The notes beneath the pieces are model-generated. The model ran no database searches. It worked only from the letters and a program-made list of their open reading frames with translations, and was not told where the DNA came from. The position numbers and the translations under genes were made by a program. Shown here piece by piece: positions 20,639-29,956 of a stretch of DNA of 64,000 bases. Location of the stretch: IMG/VR virus record IMGVR_UViG_3300044957_000729; one strand, given 5' to 3'. The stretch comes from a virus. How positions within the stretch are numbered: the stretch's first letter is position 1; every line of letters starts with the position of its first letter.

Positions 20639-21295
20639 ATGGATAAAAAGAATAATCCTAAGAAAATAAACAACTTCAAAGAATTCGTAAAAGAATTTGG
20701 AGACATTGACGGCAAGGAAAATTTAGAAGATATACCTTGTATAATTTTAACTGGTCCTCCTGGATGCGGCAAAGGTACACAGTCAAAGATAATATCTAAG
20801 GGTATGAGATGGAAACACGTTTCTACCGGCGATATATTAAGAGCTTCTGATGACAGGGATATTAAAAAGATGATGAAGAACGGAGAGTTACTTCCTGATG
20901 AATTAGTAGGAAAGGAACTAATTGCATATCTCAAAGACTACTCTAAGCATCACGATCCTAAGGGATTTATATTTGATGGTTATCCAAGAAATCTTGCACA
21001 GAGAGATATTTTTGAAGAAATATGTAGGGTAAACAAATTAAAGCTCGTATATATTTTCTTTTTAAACGGACCTGAAGATTTATTAAAGAAGAGAATTATT
21101 AACCGAGGTAAATCTTCGGGAAGATCAGACGACAAAAGCGAGAAAGCTTTTGAGAAAAGAATGAAAGAATATAACGAGCAAACCCTTCCCATGATAGAAT
21201 CAATGAGGAATGGAGGAAACTTCCTAGAGATATCTGCCACTAAGGATCTTGAGGGGGTTTCTTCTTTAATATTTAAGAAATTGAATGAAATTTAA
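20639..21295 (+). CDS. adk: Adenylate kinase with capsid-targeting-like N-terminal extension
   Basis: GPPGCGKGTQ, HVSTGDILR, FDGYPR, RSDD; extension KINNFKEFVKE. Confidence 0.9.
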   Translation: MDKKNNPKKINNFKEFVKEFGDIDGKENLEDIPCIILTGPPGCGKGTQSKIISKGMRWKHVSTGDILRASDDRDIKKMMKNGELLPDELVGKELIAYLKDYSKHHDPKGFIFDGYPRNLAQRDIFEEICRVNKLKLVYIFFLNGPEDLLKKRIINRGKSSGRSDDKSEKAFEKRMKEYNEQTLPMIESMRNGGNFLEISATKDLEGVSSLIFKKLNEI

Positions 21296-21343
21296 TTTAT
21301 AAAATAGTCTATAACTATTAAAAAACAATTAAAAAACAATAAA

Positions 21344-22576
21344 ATGGATAATGTCGAAAAAGAATCCCCTGTTGAGAATCAGGAAATAAATCAACCAACC
21401 CAGCCAACTATCTGTTTAACTATGATAGTTAAAAACGAATCTCAAGTAATTAGAAGATGTATAGATTCGGTAAAAGATTATATCAGCTATTGGGTTATTG
21501 TAGACACAGGATCTACTGACGGAACACAAGATCTCATTAAAGAAATCATGGCTGAGTATAACATTCCCGGGGAACTACACGAAAGACCTTGGGTTGATTT
21601 TGGACACAATAGAACTGAAAATCTACGATATGCCAAGGATAAGGCAGATTACCGATTAATAATAGATGCGGATGATGTACTTGTCGTTGAAAATCCTGAA
21701 GTTAATCCATTCTTAAATGTAACCAAGGATTTCTATAAAATAAAAATAAGACTAGGTTCATTAGCATATTATAGATCCCAACTAATTAGAGGGGATCAAG
21801 ATTGGAAATATGTTGGTGTTTTACACGAATATCTTTCTGGACCAGAAGACATGGATCTCGAGGAGGACTTTTTAGAAGGGGTAGAAATGCACGCTTCAGT
21901 TTCGGGACACAATAGAGACATTAAAGGTAAAGACAAATACTATAATGATGCTTTAATTTTCGAAAAGGCTATTTTAACTACCACAAAAGAAGAACTTCCT
22001 ATAGATTTGGAAAGAAGATATGTCTTTTATATGGCACAAAGCTATAGAGATGCTGGAATGCACGAAAGATCTATCGAAGCTTATCAAAGAAGAGCTGATC
22101 TAGGAGGATGGAACGAAGAAGTTTATATTTCCAAATATTGGATTGCTAGACAAAAGCAGACAATGCAAAAACCCGACGAGGAAATAATTGATGCTTATTT
22201 AAAAGCTTGGGAATACAGACCAAATAGACTTGAATCATTATATCACCTTATTAAATTCCTGGGGAGCAGAAAGAGATATGCTTTAGCTTTTGCTCTATCT
22301 TCAATAGGAATGAAAACTGGACCATGCTCAGATATCCTTTTCGTCGAAGATGAAATTTGGAAATGGAGAATGCCTGATGAATATTCAGTACTTGCTTACT
22401 ATAACGGAAATGCAGAGGAAGCACGTAAGACTACAAGTATTATAATTAATTCCCCAGTATTCCAAAAAATAACTAAGGGTGAGCAAGATAGAATCCTTAA
22501 GAATTTGGATTTCTATAAAAAAGCTATAGACCGAAATACAGAAGAAGAGCCTAAAGAGGAATTACAGGAATCTTAG
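21344..22576 (+). CDS. GT2-family glycosyltransferase with TPR-like C-terminus
   Basis: ICLTMIVKNES, VDTGSTDGT, IDADD, GVLHEY. Confidence 0.85.
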   Translation: MDNVEKESPVENQEINQPTQPTICLTMIVKNESQVIRRCIDSVKDYISYWVIVDTGSTDGTQDLIKEIMAEYNIPGELHERPWVDFGHNRTENLRYAKDKADYRLIIDADDVLVVENPEVNPFLNVTKDFYKIKIRLGSLAYYRSQLIRGDQDWKYVGVLHEYLSGPEDMDLEEDFLEGVEMHASVSGHNRDIKGKDKYYNDALIFEKAILTTTKEELPIDLERRYVFYMAQSYRDAGMHERSIEAYQRRADLGGWNEEVYISKYWIARQKQTMQKPDEEIIDAYLKAWEYRPNRLESLYHLIKFLGSRKRYALAFALSSIGMKTGPCSDILFVEDEIWKWRMPDEYSVLAYYNGNAEEARKTTSIIINSPVFQKITKGEQDRILKNLDFYKKAIDRNTEEEPKEELQES

Positions 22577-22609
22577 GAAATGTAGATATATAACATAAAA
22601 AGTTATATA

Positions 22610-23092
22610 ATGAGAATTCTAAGATTTGCGGATTTTTTAAATGAGTCTGTTTATAACGTAGGAATTCCTCTTTACAGAGGATCTAGCTTCCAACCAGAAA
22701 GAACAATAAAAAGAAATAAGTTTATTGGGGAGCTTCAGGATTTCCTTACTCAAGTTGCTAACGGTACACTTTCCGAAATCACAGTAATAGCTGAAATACC
22801 AACACAAGGTAAGAATGTGCCACAATATCTAAAAGATATTTATGCTGAAATGGGATATGATCCTAGCGAAAATCAGGAAGATATGTATGACCCTGAGACT
22901 GATGTTTACATGGGAAATAGAAGCAGAACAGCAGATGAACCTTATAGAAATATATTTGTAGACTCGGAGTTTATTGTTAAAGATGTTGATCAAACAAAAG
23001 GAGTTATTATTGCAGTTCCTTATTCTTTAAAAAGAAAGAATGTTACTGTAGAATTAACACCTGATATGATTGACGAGGCTTACGTTAAATAA
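22610..23092 (+). CDS. Hypothetical protein with capsid-targeting-like N-terminus
   Basis: MRILRFADFLNES; GATATATA at about 22585. Confidence 0.6.
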   Translation: MRILRFADFLNESVYNVGIPLYRGSSFQPERTIKRNKFIGELQDFLTQVANGTLSEITVIAEIPTQGKNVPQYLKDIYAEMGYDPSENQEDMYDPETDVYMGNRSRTADEPYRNIFVDSEFIVKDVDQTKGVIIAVPYSLKRKNVTVELTPDMIDEAYVK

Positions 23093-23110
23093 TTTAGCAC
23101 TTACTAACAT

Positions 23111-23470
23111 ATGGATTTTGATGATTTTTATATAGCAAAAATCGGAGACCATACTTTCATATTAGAAGATTGCAAAGACTTTCCAAAAGGGCTTTCAGAA
23201 AGAGAGCATCTCCTCGAAAATGAGGGGATGCTTTTTAAGTTTAATGATCCTGGACATAGATCTTTTCATATGAAAGGATGTCTAATACCTTTGGATATTA
23301 TATTCATAAAAGGGGGTAAGATACAAAAAATATATCATAACTGTAATCCTTGCGAGCTTAATGAGTGCGAGCGGTTCGAACACGAGGATGCTGATACTGT
23401 AGTTGAACTTATGGGAGGTACATGCAAGAAAAATAGAATCAATGAGGGTTTAATTTATAGGCTTATGTGA
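23111..23470 (+). CDS. DUF192 family protein
   Basis: GLSERE...EGMLF...FHMKGCLIPLDIIFI...VVEL. Confidence 0.8.
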   Translation: MDFDDFYIAKIGDHTFILEDCKDFPKGLSEREHLLENEGMLFKFNDPGHRSFHMKGCLIPLDIIFIKGGKIQKIYHNCNPCELNECERFEHEDADTVVELMGGTCKKNRINEGLIYRLM

Positions 23471-24623
23471 TTTCTTGATTACTTTTAATTTTTTCTATGA
23501 TTTTATTAATTGTTAATTCTATTGTTTTTTCATTAGAATCGTCAGAAAATATTTCTATTACATCAAATCCTAATCTTTCCGCTATTTTATTTTTATAAAC
23601 ATCAAGATCTCTTTTTTCCTCTGCATTTAATCCCATGAAATTCCATTTGTCCCATTTATTCTTTTCCCATTTGGGATTGGGATGGTATCTTTTTCCGTGA
23701 TATTCTATAATTATTTTTAATTTTGGTATAGTAAAATCATAAAAAAATATTTTTTTTGAATCCTTATCATATAAAAAATATTCCTTAGATCCTGATATCC
23801 CCCAATATATCTCATTTATTTGTAAATACCTTCTAATTTTTTTGTATATTTTTTTAAATAGAATTAGGGATTCCTTAGATGTGTATGTATTGGAGCATCT
23901 TTTAATTATTGTTTCTGTGTATTTTTTATTTCCCTCTTCTTGTCCGTATCTGCTTATAAATCCATTAAGAGATTGAGAATTACTTAGATTTTTACACATA
24001 TTTTCATATCTTATCGTGCCCTCTATTTTTCCATATTTCTTAATTATTTTTTCTAGATCGAAAGTTTTCTGTAATTCTGAAACTTTTTTCTTTGCATCTT
24101 CCTCGGATATTTTTTCTTTTTTCATCCAGTATTCATATTGATTCCAAGTGACCCCATGATATTTTTTCCTTTTGGCTGAATTTTCTTTCTGTGTATCTTT
24201 TATTTTTAAAATTGCTTCTTTTTCAGATAGCCCCCTCTCTATCCAATATTCAATATTAAATTTTCTTTGTGATTTTATTTTATATTCTGCTTCCTCCTTG
24301 GTGTAATTGATCCCGGTCTTAGGATTTATTTTATTTTTCCAGTAATCTATTTGCATAGGACTTCCGTTCGGTATATTATTTACACGATTTTCTTGCCTTT
24401 TCAACAAGGAATCCTCTCTACTCCATCCTCTTTGTTCCCAGTATGTAATAGTAAATTTTCCAACTTTCATAAATCCTTTGTCCATTCTAAATTTTGATAA
24501 TATCTTATTAATGGATTGGCCGGTTTTAGGAGATTCTTTTTCTATTATAATTCTTAACTCCTCCTTATATTTTGGTGGAAGATCTATTAAAAATTTTTCT
24601 AATTCTATGTTTGATTTATTCAT
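23463..24623 (-). CDS. Free-standing homing endonuclease (Vsr/DUF559-like PD-(D/E)XK C-terminus, YW and YGxxEG repeats)
   Basis: FFYDFTIPKLKIIIEYHGKRYHPNP...D..K...GFDVIEI; architecture parallels 35745..36887. Confidence 0.75.
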   Translation of the reverse strand: MNKSNIELEKFLIDLPPKYKEELRIIIEKESPKTGQSINKILSKFRMDKGFMKVGKFTITYWEQRGWSREDSLLKRQENRVNNIPNGSPMQIDYWKNKINPKTGINYTKEEAEYKIKSQRKFNIEYWIERGLSEKEAILKIKDTQKENSAKRKKYHGVTWNQYEYWMKKEKISEEDAKKKVSELQKTFDLEKIIKKYGKIEGTIRYENMCKNLSNSQSLNGFISRYGQEEGNKKYTETIIKRCSNTYTSKESLILFKKIYKKIRRYLQINEIYWGISGSKEYFLYDKDSKKIFFYDFTIPKLKIIIEYHGKRYHPNPKWEKNKWDKWNFMGLNAEEKRDLDVYKNKIAERLGFDVIEIFSDDSNEKTIELTINKIIEKIKSNQEIT

Positions 24624-24718
24624 ATCTGCTAATGGATATTATATTTTTATATATCCATTAGAAGCAGAGAAACTTTTGATATATATATCATATAAATCTA
24701 ATAGATAAATATTAATTG

Positions 24719-26509
24719 ATGGAAGAAAAGAATAAGGAAATTAGAGTCCTTTCTGAAAAAGATCATGTTAGACAAAGAAGCCATGTATATGTGGGGTCCG
24801 TTATTAAAACCGAAGAGAAGATTCCTATAATTAAAAATAATGCTATTTACATTGAGCCTAAGGAGATGTCTATAGGAATGTATAAAATTCTTAATGAAAT
24901 AATAGATAATTCATTAGACGAAGCTAAAAGAATGAAGGGGAAAATGGAAAAAATCCAAATATTGGTCGATAGCAAATCCAATAAAGTAAAGGTTACTGAT
25001 ACGGGAAATGGATTTTATAAAGGTGCATCGATTAATAAGGATTCTAGTAGATCTAATATAGAAACTGCTGTATCTATGTTAAGATCTGGTTCCAATTTTA
25101 ATAATGAAAATATAGAGGAATCGCTTATAGGAAACAATGGGTTAGGATCTGCACTCTGTAACTGCTTATCTGAGGAATTTTCTATAGTTACAGTAAATGA
25201 CACACATTATTATGAACAAAAGTGGGAGGATTTTGTAAGAACTGAACCAATAATTAGAAAAAAAGCTCCAAAAGATAAAATGGGTACTTCTATAGAGTTT
25301 AAACCCCTGAGAAGTTTATTTAAAAATTATAAATGGGATTTAGAAATTTTAAGATCCTCATTAATACTAAAATATAATCTTATAAAAAGAGATCATATTC
25401 TTTCCAATCTAAATCTAGAGCTTTTGTGGGATGGTGAAAAAATAGATCTTAATTGTAGCTTTTTACCAGAGGATTCTTTTAAGATTAACACTGATATAGG
25501 ACAGATAACCATTTGGGAAAAGTATGAGGGATCTGGATCTATTAGTTTTGTTAATTCCGCTATGTGCACTGGAATACACCAGAAGATAGTAAATGATTTC
25601 ATAAACTCTAGGTTGGAAGATACATTAGGGCATCATTTTTATGACGCAATGATTGTTTTGAATCTTCCCCCTAAGTATGTTAAATTTGGAGACCAGAACA
25701 AAACTAGGTTTGTAACAACAAGAGAAGAGATAGAAAATCTTCTTATGAACAAATTCGGATCTAAACTCCAGGAATTTTTCAAAACCGAAATTTTTGAAAG
25801 GATCTTAAAAAAAGTGGAAGAGAGAAAGAATGATGGGTATGTAAAAAAATTAAGAGCAGAAAAAAGGAAGGTTAATTTAAAACATTCACATAAATATTTT
25901 CCAGCGCAGAAATCATTAGCTGAGAATCTTTTTATAGTTGAGGGATTATCTGCGATGGGATCTATACTCCAAAAAAGAAATCCTAAAGAAGACGGGGTAT
26001 ATGCGCTAAAAGGAAAAATAAAGAACTGTAAGAATATAGGAGATTTATCTGACAATAAGGAGATATTAGAACTAATGCAAATATTAGGTCTTGACCCTAC
26101 TGCTAGAAACATAGAGGCCGTGGGATATAAAAGGATTGTTATAGCTACAGATCCGGATCCTGACGGATCTCATATCACATCTCTGCTTATAAATCTTTTC
26201 TACAAATGGTTTCCTATGATTATAAGATCAAAGAGACTTAGTTTTTTAAAGATCCCTTTAGTTTCTGTTGGGGATTCTAAGAAAAGAAAATACTATTGGG
26301 ATATGAATGAATTCAAAAAAGCAAAACCCAGTGGAAATATTAGGTATCTAAAAGGACTAGGATCTCTATCATTGGATGATTGGGAATGGGTAATGAGCGA
26401 TAAAACACTCATATCAATTGAAGAAAGCGGGGACAGTAAAGAAAAACTAGAAATGGCTTTTGGCGATTCCTCAGAATTAAGAAAAAAATGGCTTTCAAAT
26501 GTTAAGTAG
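24719..26509 (+). CDS. Type II topoisomerase large (ATPase/TOPRIM, GyrB-like) subunit
   Basis: EIIDNSLD, DTGNG, GNNGLG, IVEGLSA, LKGK, ATDPDPDGSHI, YLKGLGS. Confidence 0.92.
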   Translation: MEEKNKEIRVLSEKDHVRQRSHVYVGSVIKTEEKIPIIKNNAIYIEPKEMSIGMYKILNEIIDNSLDEAKRMKGKMEKIQILVDSKSNKVKVTDTGNGFYKGASINKDSSRSNIETAVSMLRSGSNFNNENIEESLIGNNGLGSALCNCLSEEFSIVTVNDTHYYEQKWEDFVRTEPIIRKKAPKDKMGTSIEFKPLRSLFKNYKWDLEILRSSLILKYNLIKRDHILSNLNLELLWDGEKIDLNCSFLPEDSFKINTDIGQITIWEKYEGSGSISFVNSAMCTGIHQKIVNDFINSRLEDTLGHHFYDAMIVLNLPPKYVKFGDQNKTRFVTTREEIENLLMNKFGSKLQEFFKTEIFERILKKVEERKNDGYVKKLRAEKRKVNLKHSHKYFPAQKSLAENLFIVEGLSAMGSILQKRNPKEDGVYALKGKIKNCKNIGDLSDNKEILELMQILGLDPTARNIEAVGYKRIVIATDPDPDGSHITSLLINLFYKWFPMIIRSKRLSFLKIPLVSVGDSKKRKYYWDMNEFKKAKPSGNIRYLKGLGSLSLDDWEWVMSDKTLISIEESGDSKEKLEMAFGDSSELRKKWLSNVK

Positions 26510-26541
26510 AGTTATCTAACAATAAGTAGATATATACAAAG

Positions 26542-27288
26542 ATGATTTTAAGGTTAAAAGATTTTGTTAGTGAGCAAGAAAACGTAGGAGCTAAAACTCC
26601 TCAAAGCTCTCCTTCTACTAGTTCTAGAAAGAACCTAAAGATAAATTGGACTAAGCCAGACCTAGCTAAGGAGATTAATCACTATGATGATAAAGCAAAA
26701 TTAGAGTTTTATCAACACAACATAACTATAGGAAACAAGGACATTGGTAAAACATCTCCAAGAGCAACTAAATTTTATAAGTATATTTCAGAGCCTTTTC
26801 GGAGCGGTCACTTTGAAGATATTCCAATAGTTTCTGAAGGGAGCTTTTATGTTAAGAGTATACAGAACTTTATGGTTTATGAATACGACAACATCGTAAA
26901 CGGAGCATACGGAAGAGCATATGGCGATGTACTTATAAAAACAACCGAAGAATTAAAGAAAAGCGGATCTATAAGTTTACCTGCTCCGATCGTAATAAAA
27001 TTTATAAACTTCGGAGAAACTAGAACATCAGAGGAAGAAAGTTATTATCTATTCTCTGGAAACAGAGTCGCTAACTTGGCTCTCCAATATAATATACCTA
27101 TAAAAGCATGGGTGGTTGACCTAATTCCTTCCAGGAGGGATGTTAGACAATTTGCAGATCAATCTGGCGCTTCTGCAAATCCTACTAAATTTAAGAAACT
27201 TCTTAGAAGAGAAACAGGGAAAGAAAACATCGACGACTTAAATGCCAGGGAAAGATTCAAAATCATCCAATCTCTTAAGAATTTTTAA
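26542..27288 (+). CDS. Capsid-targeted-like protein with a ParB/Srx-like motif
   Basis: MILRLKDFVSE; LPAPIVIK...YYLFSGNRVA. Confidence 0.45.
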   Translation: MILRLKDFVSEQENVGAKTPQSSPSTSSRKNLKINWTKPDLAKEINHYDDKAKLEFYQHNITIGNKDIGKTSPRATKFYKYISEPFRSGHFEDIPIVSEGSFYVKSIQNFMVYEYDNIVNGAYGRAYGDVLIKTTEELKKSGSISLPAPIVIKFINFGETRTSEEESYYLFSGNRVANLALQYNIPIKAWVVDLIPSRRDVRQFADQSGASANPTKFKKLLRRETGKENIDDLNARERFKIIQSLKNF

Positions 27289-27302
27289 TTTAGCTTTATA
27301 GT

Positions 27303-28220
27303 ATGAAATATAATACTAGAATGGGTTATTGTTGTCTTTGTCTTTCATTAGAAAAAGAAAAAGTCACAACAAACAGAGGAATGGTAAAAAAGACGTTTCT
27401 AGAAAAAGGACTTCCTTACGTCTCTGAACTTGCCGTAAAGAACACAGAAGATCTTATAAGAGTAATAAATTTTAATGCCAAAAGTGGAATTGGAATGTAT
27501 AGAATGAGTTCTGATATGTTCCCTTGGATGTCTGAATATGCAATATCTGATCTACCGGACTACGAAATTATAAATCTTAATCTTAAAATAGCTGGAGATA
27601 TAGCTAGGGCTATGGACCAGAGACTAAGTTTCCACCCATCCCCCTATTGTGTAATTGCTTCAGAAAATCCTGCTGTTGTTGAAAAATCGATAAAGGAACT
27701 CAGACAACATGCAGAGATAATGGATCTAATGGGATTAGAAAGAAGTCATCAGTATCCAATAAACATACACATAAACACAACTAAGCCTTCCAAGGAAGAT
27801 GCTGCTAAAAGATTTTTAAAATCTTTCGAATTACTTCCTGATGGTGTAAAGAAGAGGTTGGTTGTTGAAAATGACGATAAGAAAAGCCAATTCACTCCTA
27901 CTGATTTATATAATATGATATATAAAGAGTCGGGGATTCCTATAACATATGATTTTTTACATCATAAATGTAATCCAGACGAGATATCTGAAGAAGAAGC
28001 TTTAGATCTTTGTATATCAACCTGGCCTGAAAATACAATAGCTTTAACTCATTTTTCAGATTCTAGAAAACTTTATGAAGATTCTAGTGCTAAAGAGGTA
28101 GCACACTCCGACTGGATTTGGAGTAAAATAGAAACTTATGATCGAGTTTTCGATATAGAATTAGAGGTCAAGATGAAAGATCTTGCCTTACTAAAATATT
28201 TGGAGAAATGGAAGGAATAG
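27303..28220 (+). CDS. uvsE: UV-damage endonuclease (UVDE)
   Basis: GYCC, YRMSSDMFP, RLSFHP, INIH, VVENDD, DFLHH, AHSD, EVKMKD. Confidence 0.9.
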   Translation: MKYNTRMGYCCLCLSLEKEKVTTNRGMVKKTFLEKGLPYVSELAVKNTEDLIRVINFNAKSGIGMYRMSSDMFPWMSEYAISDLPDYEIINLNLKIAGDIARAMDQRLSFHPSPYCVIASENPAVVEKSIKELRQHAEIMDLMGLERSHQYPINIHINTTKPSKEDAAKRFLKSFELLPDGVKKRLVVENDDKKSQFTPTDLYNMIYKESGIPITYDFLHHKCNPDEISEEEALDLCISTWPENTIALTHFSDSRKLYEDSSAKEVAHSDWIWSKIETYDRVFDIELEVKMKDLALLKYLEKWKE

Positions 28221-28423
28221 AAGAAATAGATTTATCTAAATCTAAATGGAGCCCGGAAAATGAGATTTATCTCATGTCTGTCGTGGAAGGTATAAAAGAA
28301 AATTACCCCCAGATAGATCTGGACGAAGAGCTAAAAGAATCTGGTTATCCAATAGATGAATTAACAGATCCTAAAATTATTGTTTCATTTATGAAAAAGC
28401 TCAATAAAAAATATACGGATTAA
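28208..28423 (+). CDS. Hypothetical protein
   Basis: 71-aa ORF overlapping the uvsE end. Confidence 0.45.
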   Translation: MEGIEEIDLSKSKWSPENEIYLMSVVEGIKENYPQIDLDEELKESGYPIDELTDPKIIVSFMKKLNKKYTD

Positions 28424-28563
28424 TGCTTATGTTATTGTTATTAAAAAGGATATCTTTTATGGCTCTTGCTTTAGCTAGCGGGTTTTTTATCTATGCTCTT
28501 TTATTTCTGATAGAGTTTTCCAAAATAATTTCTTGTATTTTTTATTCTTTTAAAAAACATTAA
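28423..28563 (+). CDS. Small hydrophobic (membrane) protein, 46 aa
   Basis: MLMLLLLKRISFMALALASGFFIYALLFLIEF...; TAATG coupling to the upstream gene. Confidence 0.35.
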   Translation: MLMLLLLKRISFMALALASGFFIYALLFLIEFSKIISCIFYSFKKH

Positions 28564-28565
28564 AG

Positions 28566-29603
28566 TTGATTAATTACTACGAAATTTTAGGCGTCCAAGA
28601 AAATGCCGGCCAGGAGTCTATAAAGAAAGCTTACCGACAAATGGCTAAGAAATTCCATCCGGATCGAAACAGGGATCAAGGAGCGGAAGAAAGGTTTAAG
28701 AAAATTACTGAGGCTTATGAAAACATAGGGGATCCTACTAAAAGGAGAGAATATGATAATAAAAGAAATTTTAAAGATCATTTCTTTGGCGGCTTTGAAA
28801 ATTTTAATAGCTGGAATCAAAAAGACCCTTTTGCAAGTCACTATGATCCCGAATTTCATCAAGATCCTAAAGGAGGACACATTAGTATCACACTAAAAGT
28901 GACGCTCGAGGATGTGTTAAACGGAGTTGAAAGGAGAATCAAATTAAAGAGAGATAGAAAGTGTAAATGTTGTGAAGCCACAGGAGCTGAGGGGAGTAGA
29001 TCTTTTCAAACCTGTGGTGCATGTAATGGAACTGGACAAATTACAATAAATAAAACCAATGGATTTGTGCAGATCAATTCTGTTACAGTTTGTAATGTTT
29101 GTAGAGGTAACGGAAAAACCATACTAGAATATTGTATGAGTTGTCTAGGAAAAGGATTGATAGCGGAGGAGGATTTAATTGATATAAACATACCCGCAGG
29201 ATCTTCGGATGGAATGCAATTTGTAGTGGCAAATAAAGGAAACGACGGTAAAGGAAACGGATTACCGGGGGATCTTTATGTGAAGATAAGCGAGATCGAA
29301 GATGAAAATTTTGTGAGAAGGGGGATTGATCTTATATCAGCAAAACAAATAACCTTCATAGACGCTGTTCTTGGAACTAATATAGATGTTGAAATGCCGG
29401 ACGGGGAAGAATTGAAAGCTATTATTTCTCCTGGTACAATTCCTGGTACTATCCTTAAATTTTCTCAAAAAGGAATACCTAATATGGGATACGGTGGCAG
29501 AGGAGATTTCTTAGTGGAAATAAATGTAAAGATTCCTTCTGATCTTAATAAGGAAGAGATAAGATTCATGGAGGAGTTAAGAGAGTATGATATGTTTAAA
29601 TAA
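28566..29603 (+). CDS. dnaJ: DnaJ co-chaperone
   Basis: J-domain HPD, four CxxCxGxG-type repeats, C-terminal domain GDLYV. Confidence 0.92.
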   Translation: MINYYEILGVQENAGQESIKKAYRQMAKKFHPDRNRDQGAEERFKKITEAYENIGDPTKRREYDNKRNFKDHFFGGFENFNSWNQKDPFASHYDPEFHQDPKGGHISITLKVTLEDVLNGVERRIKLKRDRKCKCCEATGAEGSRSFQTCGACNGTGQITINKTNGFVQINSVTVCNVCRGNGKTILEYCMSCLGKGLIAEEDLIDINIPAGSSDGMQFVVANKGNDGKGNGLPGDLYVKISEIEDENFVRRGIDLISAKQITFIDAVLGTNIDVEMPDGEELKAIISPGTIPGTILKFSQKGIPNMGYGGRGDFLVEINVKIPSDLNKEEIRFMEELREYDMFK

Positions 29604-29612
29604 ATTTAACTA

Positions 29613-29939
29613 ATGACGAATTTCTTTTTTTATATACTTGCAGTTTGGGGACTAACTCACATACTAGTAGCATCCAAAATAATGGAACCCACTAGAAATT
29701 GGCTTCTTATAAACGCTCCTTTTTTTGGAGATATGCTTAATTGCTACCAGTGCACTTCCTTTTGGTCATCTATGATTTTATACTTTATGTTTAATGATTT
29801 AAGTGTGGGTGGCCTTTATTTTTATCTTAATGAAATCAAAATAGGATTCGATTTCTTATTAATTTCTTTTATTGGATCTGGTATAGTGTCATTTATATCT
29901 ATAATAATGTCAATCCTGATAAATAAATCTAAAGGATAG
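29613..29939 (+). CDS. Membrane protein, DUF1360-like
   Basis: Hydrophobic helices with LNCYQCTSFW. Confidence 0.55.
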   Translation: MTNFFFYILAVWGLTHILVASKIMEPTRNWLLINAPFFGDMLNCYQCTSFWSSMILYFMFNDLSVGGLYFYLNEIKIGFDFLLISFIGSGIVSFISIIMSILINKSKG

Positions 29940-29956
29940 GTTTTGATATATACATT

